From contig JAQGDQ010000358.1 of NCBI GenBank assembly GCA_030141605.1, positions 124,001-188,000 of the forward strand: a stretch of DNA of 64,000 nt, given 5' to 3'. Positions within the stretch are counted from its first letter, which is position 1. Each line of letters opens with the position of its first letter. The notes under the pieces are model-generated. The model was not told the DNA's origin. It searched no databases and saw nothing but the letters and a program-made list of their open reading frames with translations. The position numbers and the translations under genes are program-made. This document shows positions 24,501-38,540 of this stretch, in pieces. Source of the DNA: Tubiluchus corallicola. Taxonomy: Eukaryota; Animalia; Priapulida.

Positions 24501-27500
24501 CCAAATACTTTTCATACTGTTCATTTATGTATTCGACTATTGGCTCCCAACTGCGAAAGTGTATAACAGTTAAATGCTATGGATATAAAAAAGTAATGTT
24601 TATGTCCTCTATCTAATTCGCGCAAACAGCGCAGGACATTCATGATTTAACTCAACTCAATGATTTAACATAATGATATCAGTTGTTTTATACAGTCTGG
24701 CGCAATAACGGAATTCATCTTAATGGCAAGATACTAATGTTGAATAAATCTGCCAGATTATGCACTAAACCGGCAGAGAAATCTAAATTCCATTCACACG
24801 TGTATACATATATCATCCTTTCAAGACAACACCGCCCAGAAATCAGTTTTCCTGGCGGTGAGCCATTCATTCACTAACCAAGTTTGGTGCTGCTTAAAGT
24901 TCTATCGGTAACAAAAAACTACCATCGCCACACCCACTCAGCTTAGTCTTCTTTGTACAATTTGACAAATTAGGCGTAAAAAATCCTTTTACTTTTTATC
25001 ATTAGGTAAGTTTTCATTTTATTTGCTTTCACCTGATCCTCTCGAATGACGCAAGATGCACATTATAAACGCCACCTATATGATAATCTTATAATAGTAA
25101 TCTTCATAACCATACTTCGAGCACAAGAAAACATAGTAGAACGATTTTGCAACTTGATTCCTTTTGGAATCCGTAATTATTATATGTACTGACTATATAA
25201 GTACAAGTTATTTATCACCTTTGAATGATTACGCCTGAATTATGACATGTAATGCCCTTCTAATCACTCGTAACTATTCACTATTACTCGAACTTGCCAC
25301 AATTAATAAGTGAAGTTCTTACCATTTGTCATTGTTTATATGATCACCAAACCCGGGAGTGTCTGTTATAGTCAGTCTTACTCGAACACCCTTCTCCTCT
25401 ATCTCTGTAAAAAGTAATTCAGTGCAACTACTAAACGAGAAATAGTATTATTTTAAACTCCAACAACGAAAAACTATTAATCATACAACTGTAAAAGATT
25501 ATTGCTACAACGAAATCAAAACTCAATGGGTTATTCGCTAGCGAAGTAACATTACAAGGAGGTGCACTTCGCTGAGATATCTACAATGCTGTTCTCAATA
25601 TTGGTCTCTTCGTTATTCGTGTATATTTTTATCGGCTTTTTAATATTGCGACTTACCCTCTATATTCAAAATTTTCACAAAAAACAGACTATGACCACGG
25701 TAAAATAATGATGTTCTAATTATAAATGAATAGAATTATAAACCAAGCTGGAATGGAAAGAAATTGCGGAAAATTTAAATTGAGATATAAACTAAAAGAC
25801 GTTTGGACACAAGTCCAATACCACGACGTCTAGACCACACAATCTCTAGTCTCTACAGAGGTCTCTGATTGACCAGTTACAACCGTTTTACGTTTTCACA
25901 CGTTTAGCGTTCAAGTTTAAAAAAAGTAAATCTTGTGCATTCGAAATTTATCAAGTGTACTATAGCTAATGTGTATGTTTATTTTAAACAGGCAACGATG
26001 GGTGGACGAATAACTAAAACGTAAAACGTCATTTCTAAAAATAATCCATAATCTATTAACTCAAAAACATAACTAATCAGTAACCCAATCATTAACCGTT
26101 ATTACTAATAATCCATTTGTAACTAAAATATTTCTTGCATGTACACTAGGAGTCGCTCATATTATTGCTCATGGCAATATTCAAAGCGTTATTTAATTAA
26201 ATTTTACTAACCGTGGCTAATTGATAGAACCTCAACAGTTTTAGGGATAATGTACGGCATCATTTCTGGAACCTCGTTGTTGTTTTGTTCGATTTTTGCT
26301 TTTTCTGCGCCGTCTGGCGGCACTTTTAGATCTAGGTGACAAGATCGTCTACTGACATTAGATCTGAAAATTGTGTTTACCATGGTTGATTTACCAAGCC
26401 CACTTGATCCTGAAATAAAAAATGCGCTCTGAAATCGTGTCAATGAGTTGGAAAGAAGGGTCTTAATCCCAGGATTAACACCGCCGTAATTTGCCAAATC
26501 TGACTTGGTGGCCACGTGAAAGACATCATTCATTCATAAAGATATTAAAAAGTGTGGGTCCCGGCAGGTAGCCCTGTAGTACACCCTTACTTAATTGCTT
26601 GATTTCACTCTAATTTGAACACTCCAATTTTGACACTTTTTTACGGCCTGATAGGTAGCATTGTATAAGGCTATTGCTGGATTACTCTGGGTTTTTTTTA
26701 TAGTGAGTTCGTGCGCTAAGCACTCAAATGCCTTGGAAATTCTCTTTAATATTGCTCCACAATGCTTTGTTTGGTGAATAGTTTGTTGATTTGTCAGTTA
26801 AAAAGAGCAAAACATATTTGCCGCTATATCCTTTTCTTAAGCACTAAGACTAACGTGAGAGATGTCGTCTTCAAAGTAGTCACTCAGCTGCAATGAAATT
26901 ACGAGTTTCGAAGTGATGAGCAGCACATTAACAAGTGTATAATTCTCCATGGATAGTCTGTCGTTCTTTTTATGAACTGGCATTACTCGGGCTTCCTCCA
27001 ACAAAGACGCAAATGATGATCCGGGAAAAATGCGTCAGATGTTTGTTAGCGGTGTAATAATTGCAAGTTCCAGCATTTTCAGCATCTTAACAGATATTCC
27101 GTAAAGGCTTGTGACCTTACGTAGAGGTATTTGTTTCGAAAATCTGTTGATATCAAATTCGCTTATTAGTTTGAAGTGAAATTTGACAGACAGGATAGTC
27201 CCAGAGTTTTTTGTCAAGTTTTCTAATATTGGGGCGATCACTTAAACTTCAAGTTTTCTAGTTTTAATGGGGATGTGAGAATCTGTGATATCATGTAACA
27301 TTTTGGCGACGGCCCAGTAGGCATCATCTATATCATCAAGGATGCTAGTGATGTGGAAAGCTATACTTCTAATGTCATCATACCTTTCAAGAAGGTCTTT
27401 TTGAATTAAGTTTTTACGTAACTAGTATGTCACTGACTTAGGCTGCCAACTTTGTCTTTTACTTACATTGAGAATAGCGTGATGAACATACTTAATTTCG

Positions 27501-27815
27501 CCACATAACCTTCTATTTGTCTTTTACGGTTTTTAAGTGGTGCATCCGATTCGTAATAAAATAAATACATCCACAAGTGGTGGATTTGCATCTTTCGTGA
27601 AGCAAGTTTCGTTCTTTACAATGTTTTCCATTACAAATTTTTCACAAAGATCCACAAGGTCCTGCCCGTCTTTAATAATTAAAGTTTAGATCACCGATTA
27701 CACAAATATTTTCATATTCTCTGAAGTTTTGGCCTAATAGAGGGTCAATATCTTCTTCAAATGACCTTTAATTTAAAGATGGTGGTTTACAAGCACAGAA
27801 TGGCAGGAAAGAGAG

Positions 27816-27912
<97 letters not shown>

Positions 27913-28356
27913 TAATAATAAATCATTATTTTAGACGTACAATATTGATTAGAATTTTTGTTATTATATTATCAGTTACTTATTGCATGATATGTTGATT
28001 TATTACAATATACATTACCGTTTTGTGGTAAATTGTACATACTGACTAAAATAAGTTATTTAGTTTTAATGTTTAGCTGTGGAATTTCTGAAAGCCTTGA
28101 GCACTTAAATTTTATTAGATTTTGCAGTGGTCTTACAGTAAGGAACTCTTATGTCCTTGGAGGGCTGTTAACACTTACCAACCAACATTATGTTATATTC
28201 GAACCCACGTTTGACAACTTTACGTCTCAGCTGATCATTAAGCATGTCAATACCAATGTAGCCATTCGCTTCCGTCTTTGGGGCGTTCAACTCCTGTTGT
28301 TTCTTGGACTGCTGGTCAATCTTTGAACTGCTGAATTCCGACCTGAATCTCTCCAT
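21589..28356 (-). CDS. SEPTIN9: Septin of the SEPT3/SEPT9/SEPT12 group, 469 aa, 8 coding exons
   Basis: Exons 28356-28179, 26409-26212, 25404-25323, 24550-24413, 23580-23463, 23279-23184, 22704-22553 and 22036-21589; 1410 nt in frame; ATG in a GCCATGG context. Polybasic [18 protein letters not shown]1 [17 protein letters not shown]3 [23 protein letters not shown]4 AKAD, PFAVVG, and [29 protein letters not shown]. Confidence 0.95.
22062..22330. repeat. Degenerate tetranucleotide tract (TTGA/CCAA/TTGC type)
   Basis: Imperfect attg/aacc/actg runs in the last septin intron. Confidence 0.6.
26470..27780 (-). mobile_element. Decayed CR1/L2-type LINE (endonuclease C-terminus to RT YADD region) in a septin intron
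   Basis: Frameshifted pieces in the expected order: [77 protein letters not shown]...[40 protein letters not shown]...LANYGGVN (decayed YADD). Confidence 0.88.
27816..27921. repeat. (AAT)n microsatellite
   Basis: About 35 near-perfect AAT units. Confidence 0.98.
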
Positions 28357-30161
28357 GGCAAGGTCTGTTTTTACGAATTGTTAAGCGATAGGTCTACTCC
28401 TAAGGGTGACGTTAGCTATAAAATAAGAAAACAGTTTAGGATGAATTTATTTGCTCCATACGTCACAACACCTTATATTAATATTAAAGAGGGGCCTTGT
28501 TTGTTTAAATTTTCCATGAGGTATATTTTTTCGTCGCAAAATTATAACACGCCATACAGGCAAATCAATTCGGCGAGAGTCAACAAGTCTACATTTATAT
28601 ATATATATATATGTATAAATGTAGACTTGTTGACTCTCGCCGAATTTATTTGGAAACTGCGCTTTGGAGCTTAACGATTAGCACTACTAAGCTTTCTTTA
28701 ACATTAACATGCGTCATTATTATGATTGGCCTTATCATTTTTATATTAAGTTACTTGTACGACATCATTACTGCATCAATAGCTGGAATTATAACTAAAT
28801 GCAAACATATTTAAATAACCATAACCCATGAATCAATGCATGAATCATTCTAAATAGTTTACAATTCATGCAAATTATATTGGATATAGGATATAGGATA
28901 CGTGAATTTCATCACAAAAGTAAATAGCTATATACACAAAATATGGATTACAAGTAAATAAATAAATAAATATATTATTATTTTAGGTATTATTGTATCA
29001 GTATTATTTTAAGAAACAACAATTTTGCTACACTGAGTTGATAAACTAAGTCGTAAACAGTAATCTAGTAAACCTTGGCAAGATCACCCTGTTGCATGTT
29101 ATTTACGGATTAAACAAATTGCCTCAATTTATCGCCTAGTAGTTTCTATTTACTTTTAGCATACAGAAGCATGTGCTAGCAGCAATAATATTGTGAGGTC
29201 AGTGTTGTACTTCCTAGTGACTTGTACAACTACATAGCCCTCCCAACAGTCTCTTCGTTCATGCATAAAAGTATTTTGCTGAGAATTATTATAATGAAAG
29301 ATGAAAAGCATAAACAGAGTGAGCTAGTGCAGGTGTACATAATATCATCAAAAAAGACAATTTCAAAGTAATCAAACTTACTGCCAGTATACTCATAGTC
29401 CTAGAAAGTCATTAGTCATAGAAGGTGCAAATAAAATTATTTCTAAGTTTTAATATAAAAGAAATTAGAACTGCCCTATATTGACATCAGCGTGTACTTT
29501 ACGGATCTATAGATTCGTTTATTATTAAGTCTGATACAGTTTACGTCTAGAGTACTTAAATGAAGATGATGACAACGAAATCGATCTATGTACGAAATAT
29601 CTCATAGTATATTTACCTGAGCCCAAATTCTAAATGAACTCATAGAGAAACCTCATAGCAAATACATGGTTAGATGCAATTTTTAAGAAGTATTTATGAA
29701 AAACATAGACTGGACCCGATATAATAACGTTCTAGGCTTGGTACGTTTTGGTGTAAATACTGTATACTTCAGCTTTCATGAATTAGCGAATTAAAAAAAT
29801 CATTTTCTTTAAATAATTGTTGACGGTCAAAGATTTTATATTCAGTCACAAGTACTATGCTAACGAGGAGCAACTGCTCCAAGCCCTGTCAACATATTTT
29901 GAGCTTTTCCTTGTCCTTCAAATATGAAGTATGATAAAATCATCTTGAGCAACTCGTTGAGTTTACCATCCAGGCATATGCTTTGCAATGTAGTTGAATA
30001 TTGAACTTGCTGGTCAAGGTCTTGAATAAATTACTAAGCTCGAAAACCGGCGTTTGGAATTTCGTAACATTAAAAGCTCTGTGGTCGAGTTGCAAAGACT
30101 GCATAATAGTAACTATAAGGTTTTTCGCAGTTCAGTATTTGTAATAGCGAAGGCTGCCATC

Positions 30162-32025
30162 ATGAGTTCAGGTAATTTGCTTAATTTCATCACACAGTTC
30201 ACACTGCGTTGTAAAAATTATTTGTAAAAAAGAACGGGCACAGCAAATAAAATACTGTTGCGATTTTTGCATTTTAAGTTGTATTGTGTAGAACTACAGC
30301 AGCAATAGGAATGCCTATAATTTAAAGTCTCGAGCGTTCAGTGATTGATGAGTTGCCTTAACTATTATATTGTATATTTATATTTATTTCAGTTATTTCA
30401 AATTATATTTTTAGATATAGGTTTACTAATAATCAATCACATACGATCAAAGATATCACTGAAAAGACGTTAATTTGCATTTTTTTAAATAGGAGACATT
30501 CGGTCGAAGATAGTATTTAGGCCAGCGAAAAAGGAAGACTATGTCCATGTGAATGAGTGGTGGGCAGAATCAATAGGTTATAGTGAAACTCTGTCTATGA
30601 TGGATCATATGAGAAAATTTGCAGGTGATGGTGCTTTCGTCGCAGATTTGGACGGCGAGATTGTTGGTAAGTTTCGAAAAGTACAACTTCTGCTTAACTA
30701 ATCCAACTACTCAATTTTGCACTAATGACTACCTAATTTTAACTAGCGATTACCTAAGGCAATTTTATGAGAACAGCACACTCCAACACTGCAGTTTCCC
30801 AGAGAAGGGCATTCTTAACCTGAGAATTTGTCTTTCATAAATTCTTTATGTTATTAGGAAAAATATCAGAAGGGCATTTAAAAATAAAATGAATGCATGG
30901 AATCTCGTATACATCATTGTTTTTCTTTTGGAAATTTTGTAGAAATAATTGCCGCTTTTAGCTGGCACATCGGACTACTGCTTGTCCAATCTTGCAACCT
31001 TAGCCTATTCTTCAACTAGTAGATGAGGGCTAGAGAAGTTCATATAAAATTGCAGCCAACTTCCTTGTATGTGTGTGTTCAGTAAACCTAAAGTCTTTGT
31101 GTATCACATTGTATTTCTCCAAATTTTCAGTGTCCTGTCTAAATCGACTATTAGGCTTAAGTGCAACCACCTTTAAGCACAAAAACTGAAATATACGGAC
31201 ACTAAAAGACAAATTCATTCTCATTCTTAAAAACAGAAGTTCCATTTCAGAAGATGATTGTAGTGAATCCATGAATCACATAAGTATGTTATATTTCCCG
31301 CAGGTCACGCATTTGCAGTTCGCTTAGGAGACGACAATGTAATGATGGGCTACTTCGTTGTTCGAAAAGACATGAGAGGTCATGGAATCGGTAACATGAT
31401 CAACAAGAAACGACACGAATATTCACATGGTCGAAATATCAGTTTGTACTCTGTTCCGAACAGAATTGAAAAGAATAAGAAACTCGGATTCAAAATCGTT
31501 TCCTTCTGGCTGCACTTCTTCACCGGACCATTTTCTAGAGAACCAATAGCAGATGCAAAAGTACCATCAGGGTGTAGCATAGTAGGCGTAGATAAGGTGC
31601 CTTTGCCTGAGCTTATCAAGTATGACACTGCTCTACATGCCTGGATTTCTCGAGAAAGTTTGATCACTGACATGGTCAAGGACCCTGAGATGAAATGTCT
31701 CGTCTGCATGAAAAACAACAACGAAATTGTTGGCTACGCCATCATGCGTAAATCGAAGGGGCTCGCTGATTACCTCATCAATCCTTTGTATGGAGACACA
31801 TTTGAAGTACAGAAGGCTCTGCTGAAAAACTTGCTGGATTCACTACCAGATGGCACTAATATTTCCCTGGCTACCCCAGAAGATAATAGCAAGATGTGCG
31901 ATTTAATATTTGCTATGGGTGTAGAATCGCATCTCTATGTGCCAAGGATGTACACAAAGTTCGACTTGCCTCTTCCTCTTCGCAAGATTGGGTCCGTTTT
32001 AGAACTGGATATTGTATTGTGTTAA
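30162..32025 (+). CDS. Tandem-GNAT acyltransferase, YitH/HolE (holothin acyltransferase)-like, 301 aa, 3 coding exons
   Basis: Exons 30162-30171 (ATGAGTTCAG|gtaatt), 30493-30666 (DIRSKIVFRPAKKEDY...GAFVADLDGEIVG) and 31304-32025; 906 nt in frame. Acetyl-CoA motif A YFVVRKDMRGHGIG, KKLGFK, and a second GNAT fold with LIKYD...RE, EIVGYAIMR, INPLYGD, PEDN and RMYT. Confidence 0.85.
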
Positions 32026-35000
32026 ACAGGCTTCACTGGATATAAGAAAAATTGCGCTAAATAATTGAGTATTGTGACTAGTCCCAAAAGCTTAAAGATC
32101 ATGGCAGAATATGCATGGCTTGTTTAGTAAAACAATTAAGCGACTTGCAAATTATGAAGTATTATGATGAGATCACACACTAGAAAAACACATTATGTTG
32201 CTAAAGTGTCAAAGTGCTGCTAAATTCTTATTCCGGTTTGTGCTGAATCAATCTAAACGTCTGGCCACAAAAGCGATTTGTTTAGCAAAACAGTAGTAGG
32301 TATACATTCTAGTAGAATTGGTGCCAATAAAGGCAGAATGTCCAAAATGTGTGGGTCCCGTTTGTATAACTTTAGCTTAACAAGAAGTTGTCGCACATTT
32401 CACACATCACACATGCACACTGTGCACACATGCACAGGTCTTCTAGACCTATCACCTAGGGACCTTATATATATCTATATACGTATATATAATTACATAA
32501 TCGCCCTTGCCATTGTCGTAATATGTACGCGCCTTGTTCTTTTGCTATCAAGAATTTTAATAATAACAAAATGTATTCTGTGAACGTTACAATTATAGTT
32601 ACTATTATATCGGTTTGTAACTACGTACCAAACATAGAAACATAGAATAGACCTTAATAGAAGCTACGTAAAGCTATTAAATCGAAGAAGCATAGTCTTA
32701 GCGCAATGTTCATAGAATTGCTGTGTGGAATAAAGGTAACAAAAAAGTAAGCTGTTGTGTTCGTGTTTAACAATTTTTCAAGCACTGGTATAGTCTGGTG
32801 CGAGCTGTATAAATGGCACTTATGAAGTAATTTTTATCTGCCAGAGAAAACACGAGACGGACACCGGATTCCAGCAGCTGCCTATTGGATAGATTGCCAT
32901 CTCATCTCCCGAGAGAATTTCTTTGTGACAGAAGCACCTTAAATCTCTGTCTATGTCCCTATTTAAAATGTTGCAGCAAATTTTTCTTTGCAATAGCAAG
33001 TGATAGATGATCAATCGTAGATTAAATACTAAGTTTACCAATTGCGTCATATTGCAGATAAAATTAATGTTATTATCATCTCCTGTCCACAGTTACTCAG
33101 CCAAATTGTCGTCTTTTGCAAAAATATTAAACTTGAGTTGAATACACAACAGCGTCAATGAAATAAACAGGTAATGTGTGTAAATATAATTTCGCTGCTC
33201 TGCGTTATCAATTAAAACAATATTTACTGAAATCCAAACAAAGTTTTTCAGTGTTACTAATCATCCTGTTACCTCTTTTGAAAGAGGATCATTACACTTT
33301 CACGAGCAAACTTACACTGACATTAATCCATTAAATCCCTTTTCTCTTTAGGTTAATTTTATCTCGTTTTACTGTCACAAACTCCCCCGGCTCCAAGGAG
33401 AGCTAATTCCTCTATTATAAAACAAATTTATACAAACTAGGGTTTCAAGACGTTTTGCACTTTAACTGAGTTCAGTTATTGCGATTGTTAGTTTCATTTT
33501 TAGTTGTACAAACGGAAAGACAAACAATTACTGATGCCTGGTAACTTTTTGAATTAATGCAATAAAATGCTTACTGCATGCCTACCTTGTTAAATTGAAC
33601 AAAACTAAATCAATTCAATCCTAGCTTTCATATATCCGACAAATTAGATGTGTCCTCAAATTCTCAGTAGCAAGAGAAATAGAAACGATGTAAAAAGCTG
33701 AGTGCCACTGTGTGTACCTGGCAGTGCTAAATAAGCAGCTATGAACATTGTTAGTAAATAGTGACGGCCAGCTAAGCAACTTCTCAGCTACTTCTTCTGC
33801 CATACTCTTTTTCTTTGTTTCTCTTTTCTAGAATACTGTATAAACATATATAGGTAAGACACCTCTGTCGATTTAGTGCTTTTATCTGTGTGGAGGAACA
33901 GATAATTGATAATGATAACACGCATAATTGATAATGATAACGCGCAAACTTCTGGCCCCGCACCAACTCACTTTAGTAATAGTGAAGCCTTTGAGTGCTG
34001 ACTATCGGTTGTAACATTTTTCTGTGCAATTGAGTCATCAGCTTATGCATGGTGCACGGCCAAATGTGCGTTAATAAATGAATTTTCGATGAGTCAAACT
34101 CACTTGATGCATTTTTCGTGACTTATACGTGACAAATTTGATTATTAATCTCTTACTGTAACCAATAGCCAACTACTAGCCTAAATTATTGCTCAATACT
34201 TAACTCCTTGTTGCCCCATTTTCCTACTAATAGCCTTCTTAACTTTTACTGACAGTAAGAACTTATACAATAGAAAAGCCAAGCATGCAGCTTATTTTGC
34301 TACAGATTAACTTGGCATTTTGACACCTAAAAGCTTGTGTTTTGTCTATAGCTTATCGCCCAAGTAGAGGCACAGTTATAAGCCTAACCCGTTCTCTTTT
34401 AAGTAGTTCACCGGCAAAAAGGATGGTTAGGACGCTGTAACTACCAAATGTTACACGCATAAGATAAATCTGCTATCTTAGGAGGCAATGATATGATCCT
34501 TGCTTTCCTTCTCTTAAATTTCTAACTGACTGCTGTGATCCCTTTTGGGGTTACTCGTTCCAAAGTAACTCTACAAAGAAATCTGCTTCGGCGTGATGCC
34601 GGTCTCATTCTTCATTTCGTTGTTTACGTAACACGGTTTTAATCAGTTTTATACTATGATATCACAATAGAGTTACTCCGTATTCTAAATTTTTATCCGC
34701 TGCCGGATTCCATGGCGATGACAAATGGAGTTCTAAATGACATATTCAAAGCAGTTGGGAAGAAAATACTCAATAAACGAATAACAGAATGCTTCAAATT
34801 CTGGAATAGTGCTTTGCAGAAATGTAGGAGTTTTTATCGTTTTTCATAGCTGTCCTTTGTAAAAGGCATTCTTGGAGACAGTTAAAAAACTTTAATCGAA
34901 TATAAAAATATCTGTTAAGCCATGCCTGAGTGAGGCAGTAAGTGGATGTTGGGTGTAATTAAGTAACCCGTTCTATAGGTACGTCATTTAAAAACGTCAA

Positions 35001-38000
35001 GGAAAAACGCGACAGCACGTAAAAATTAACGGTAATAACAATTTTTTTCTTTTTTAACAGTTTACATACTTTATAGTGGTTACATCCGGTATGAAATTAT
35101 CTTAAAACTGCTATTAGTTCTGGAATTCTTAGGAACAAGAATTCGAATAATAGACTACTTTTACTTTCAAAAGATGGAACTTTACTTCTGTCTATGGATT
35201 TCTTAAACAAAAAATGTTGTGACCACACAACAAGTGAACCCACAAAATGCTCATACACTAATTAGCAAGTGAGTCATGAAAATACTACACAAGGAATGCT
35301 TTTCTGTTTGTGTTTAAACGGAAGGGAAAATATGTACATTTGCTATATCCTAAAATATTCATCTGTCATGTGATGCTTATTAAAAAAAATTTAAAAAAAC
35401 TTGGGCAACATACTGAAGTACTCGGTGACTTTCTCAGAGTTTATCTCTAGCTCTTTACCCTATAACGACAATGCATTGTTATTTACTTAGAAATTTGGAA
35501 AAAGATTTAAAAGTAAGAAAATCGCTTCGCCGGGAATTGCCCTCGGAACTCATGTCCACCACAACGGCCTTGGGTTAAGAAACGCGGAACGTAATATGTT
35601 ATAAAGTAACATGTTCACGCACGTATACGAACAAAAAAATTTAATATCGTTTCAGTTACAAGGGCGCAACGTTCTTGTAACTATGAAGCAGAAAAAATTA
35701 TTTTTTTATGCATGTTAGTTTAAGTACCTGTTTGGACTGAAAAAATGCTCGTTAACGCTGAAACTCGGTTAATTTTAAAGACGTTATTTTCTGAAATTAA
35801 CTTACGTATAGCCTCTAGGGTCTGAGGTAAGCACTGGTCATCAAAGAAAATTACGGTAAATTCTCTGTAAAACGCTTAATCTTGCACACAAGGGCCAACA
35901 GGCCAAGGACAAGCCCACACATACTGCCAGTTAGCCGGCATAGTTATTGTAAAAAATTGGATCTGAAATAAAAGTGACGTGAAAGGTAGACTGCACTATT
36001 ACTGATAATTTAGTGTCTGAGATGTCTCTGACACTATAATTACCTTCATGCGTATTTTATTTTTTACCATTATCGCAACAATTTCTTGGTCAAAATCAGC
36101 AGTACCTTTTGAATCAACATTGAGAACTATTACAATATTTGCGGCTAATAGTTACTTTGCACGAAAGAGCAAGCAAAAAAGCATTCGTCCAAGATAAATG
36201 AATATCATCCCATCTACCTAATGCAATTTGGCACAGTGATGTTGTGGACGCGAATGATGGGAATTTTACTAACATTATTATAAGGTTGACTAACTTTTCC
36301 TTAACAAAAAATGACTGGCTTCGGTATCACGGGCAAGCAGAACGATTGGATAATTCCGCTATTACAAACCAAATAAACCAAACCAAATGATTGACTGCTT
36401 TTCACCACTATAAAAATTTGTTTTACTTATAAGAATAGGCAAAGGATTGATTTTACTGATAAAACGAACTACTATATGGCACATTATTTTAAAAAAAATT
36501 GAGCAGATGGTTGATTGCATCATCACAAACAAAACGAATATCTCGCCTTCGTCTCTGATACCAACTAAAAAGCTACTGATTGCTCTATCGTCTACCCATT
36601 TTATTCAAATAGTACGTAACAATAAGACTAGTAATAATCTCGGCACATAGGTTTTCTGGTGCCGAGATTACATTCAGTTTGAAATCAATTATCGCGTAAA
36701 TTTTGCATCAAATACAAACGAAATAAACAACTGGTCGATTATTGTAATCGCAAACAAGGTGGATAACTAATTTAATCACAATTAATTAGTTACTAAAAGA
36801 CTAATGGTTTATAAAATGAATACTAATTCGTTTTGCGAAACAGGATGAACTAGAAAGTGACCTTCATCAGTGTCGCAATGATTTACTCACTAAAGAACCA
36901 ATCATATCACTGACTGCTGCTGGCATAGGCCTATATTTGAAATGCAGTTGTTAACCTTACAAAGTTTTTTCGGGTAAAGCCATCAATTTTTAATTGGAAA
37001 AAAGTTACAATAGTAATAGTACGATACATGTGTAGCATTGCGCCACTTAAACATATTTCAATGAAATTGCAAAGAATTGATCATAACAGCTAGTTCCGTG
37101 TTTAGTAAATAAACAAAACATAACAGGCTAAAACGCATAGATTCTATCACAAGCGTAGACTTGTCATGCAGTAACTTATGCAAGGTGGCCTTATTTTTTA
37201 TTACATTATATCTTATTTTATTTAAATTCAACATACAAGTTATCATTATAAAAAGAGAATGGTAAGAAATAGAGAGTAAAAATAATATACAAGTAATGTA
37301 GGTATTTCTGAGTGAGCGTGTATGATTATTAAATTGAGTATTATGAGAAAACTATAATGCGAGCTAATTTGCTACATTTGGTCTGATAAATGAATAATCT
37401 TGTAACTAATCAAATAAATAATAGATAACCGCCTGCTACGAAAACGTAACCGCCTTGACGGATAGTAGTAAAAGGCGCATGCTCAAGCTTTAGTAACAGT
37501 TTTGCAGCAACTACGCGTACTAACTCTGCCTTGAATGTCCTGTAACTGGGCCGCTCATCAGTCTTTTTTCGAGCTTTTTGTGCAAGTAAATGCTCATTGT
37601 TGTTACCGCAATCACTTCTGACCTAAACCAACAAGTAAACCGAGTCTTTGGAAAAATGGAAGCAAACAAAACCGGACGTAGTTACCACAGCTGTTACACA
37701 CACTGTTTAAAATATATCTAATATCACGGGTATTTTTGCGCAGTTTTGCAGTTGAATTCAAAAAACACTGAGCAGTGTACAATTTCAACAGCAGAAAAGT
37801 GACCATTATACACAAAAAATATACTATTTTGTTCAAAAATTAAATTACGCTGCAAAAAGAATCAAAAGATGCTTCCAAGAATTTTGTGCACCATTATTTT
37901 GTATTTTAGCTTAATGCCTATAATCAACTTTAGCTAGTCTAACATCTTCAAATGTAATTAGCGTGTTCCTGTCAATTCAGTTTACTTAATTAATAAACGC

Positions 38001-38324
38001 TTGCAGCTAGAAGAGACACAACTTAGGTGCCAATGCCTATGCTCTCCTTGAAATCTGAAGTACCTGTCACCTATCCGATAATGCGAAATAATTGATAGGT
38101 AATTTTTAACTTATCTTCTTTACTTACTTCGTCAAGTAGGTAAAATAAAAAAACGAAATAAGCGAAGTATCAGTTTACCTAGTGACTTTTGCAGAGCAAA
38201 GAAATTAGATAAAATAAACGTTAGATATGATAAACGTGCACAGATTCTATAAAAGAATAAACGCGGTGACTGTTTTGTTCAAAAAGCACGTCTTCATTAT
38301 GATCTACTCGGTCACAGTCAGCGT

Positions 38325-38540
38325 ATATTTGTTTAATTATTGTTTATTTGTTTGTCTGTTTGCTTGTTTCCCTACTTGTATGTTTGTTTATTTATTTATT
38401 TGCTTACTTTCCTGTCTGTCTGCTTTCCTGCTTGCTCGCCTGCCTGCCTGCTTTCTTGTTGGCTTGATTGCTTGGTTGTATACTTGTTTGCTTGCTTACC
38501 TGCCTGATTTCTTGCTTGCCTGCTTGTTTGCTTGTTGATT
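38325..38540. repeat. Imperfect (TTGC/TTGT/CTGC)n tetranucleotide tract
   Basis: Run of ttgt/ttgc/ctgc units; it generates the spurious Leu/Cys-rich ORF 38227-38538. Confidence 0.85.

Noticed and set aside
26826-26835. U12-type 5' splice site ATATCCTTTT
   Set aside because: Lies antisense within a decayed LINE; all assembled introns are canonical GT-AG.
1824-30130. SL trans-splicing/operon signature: all five visible start codons have an acceptor-like AG 30-180 nt upstream (1824, 8105, 13570, 28415, 30130)
   Set aside because: Plausible cis donors exist upstream for most of them (3842, 8762, 12927, 29381, about 29616, about 29742), and intergenic distances are long. Ordinary 5' UTR introns explain the pattern. 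Only 5' cDNA ends could revive the idea.
31380-31721. 113-aa minus-strand ORF
   Set aside because: Antisense shadow of the GNAT coding exon.
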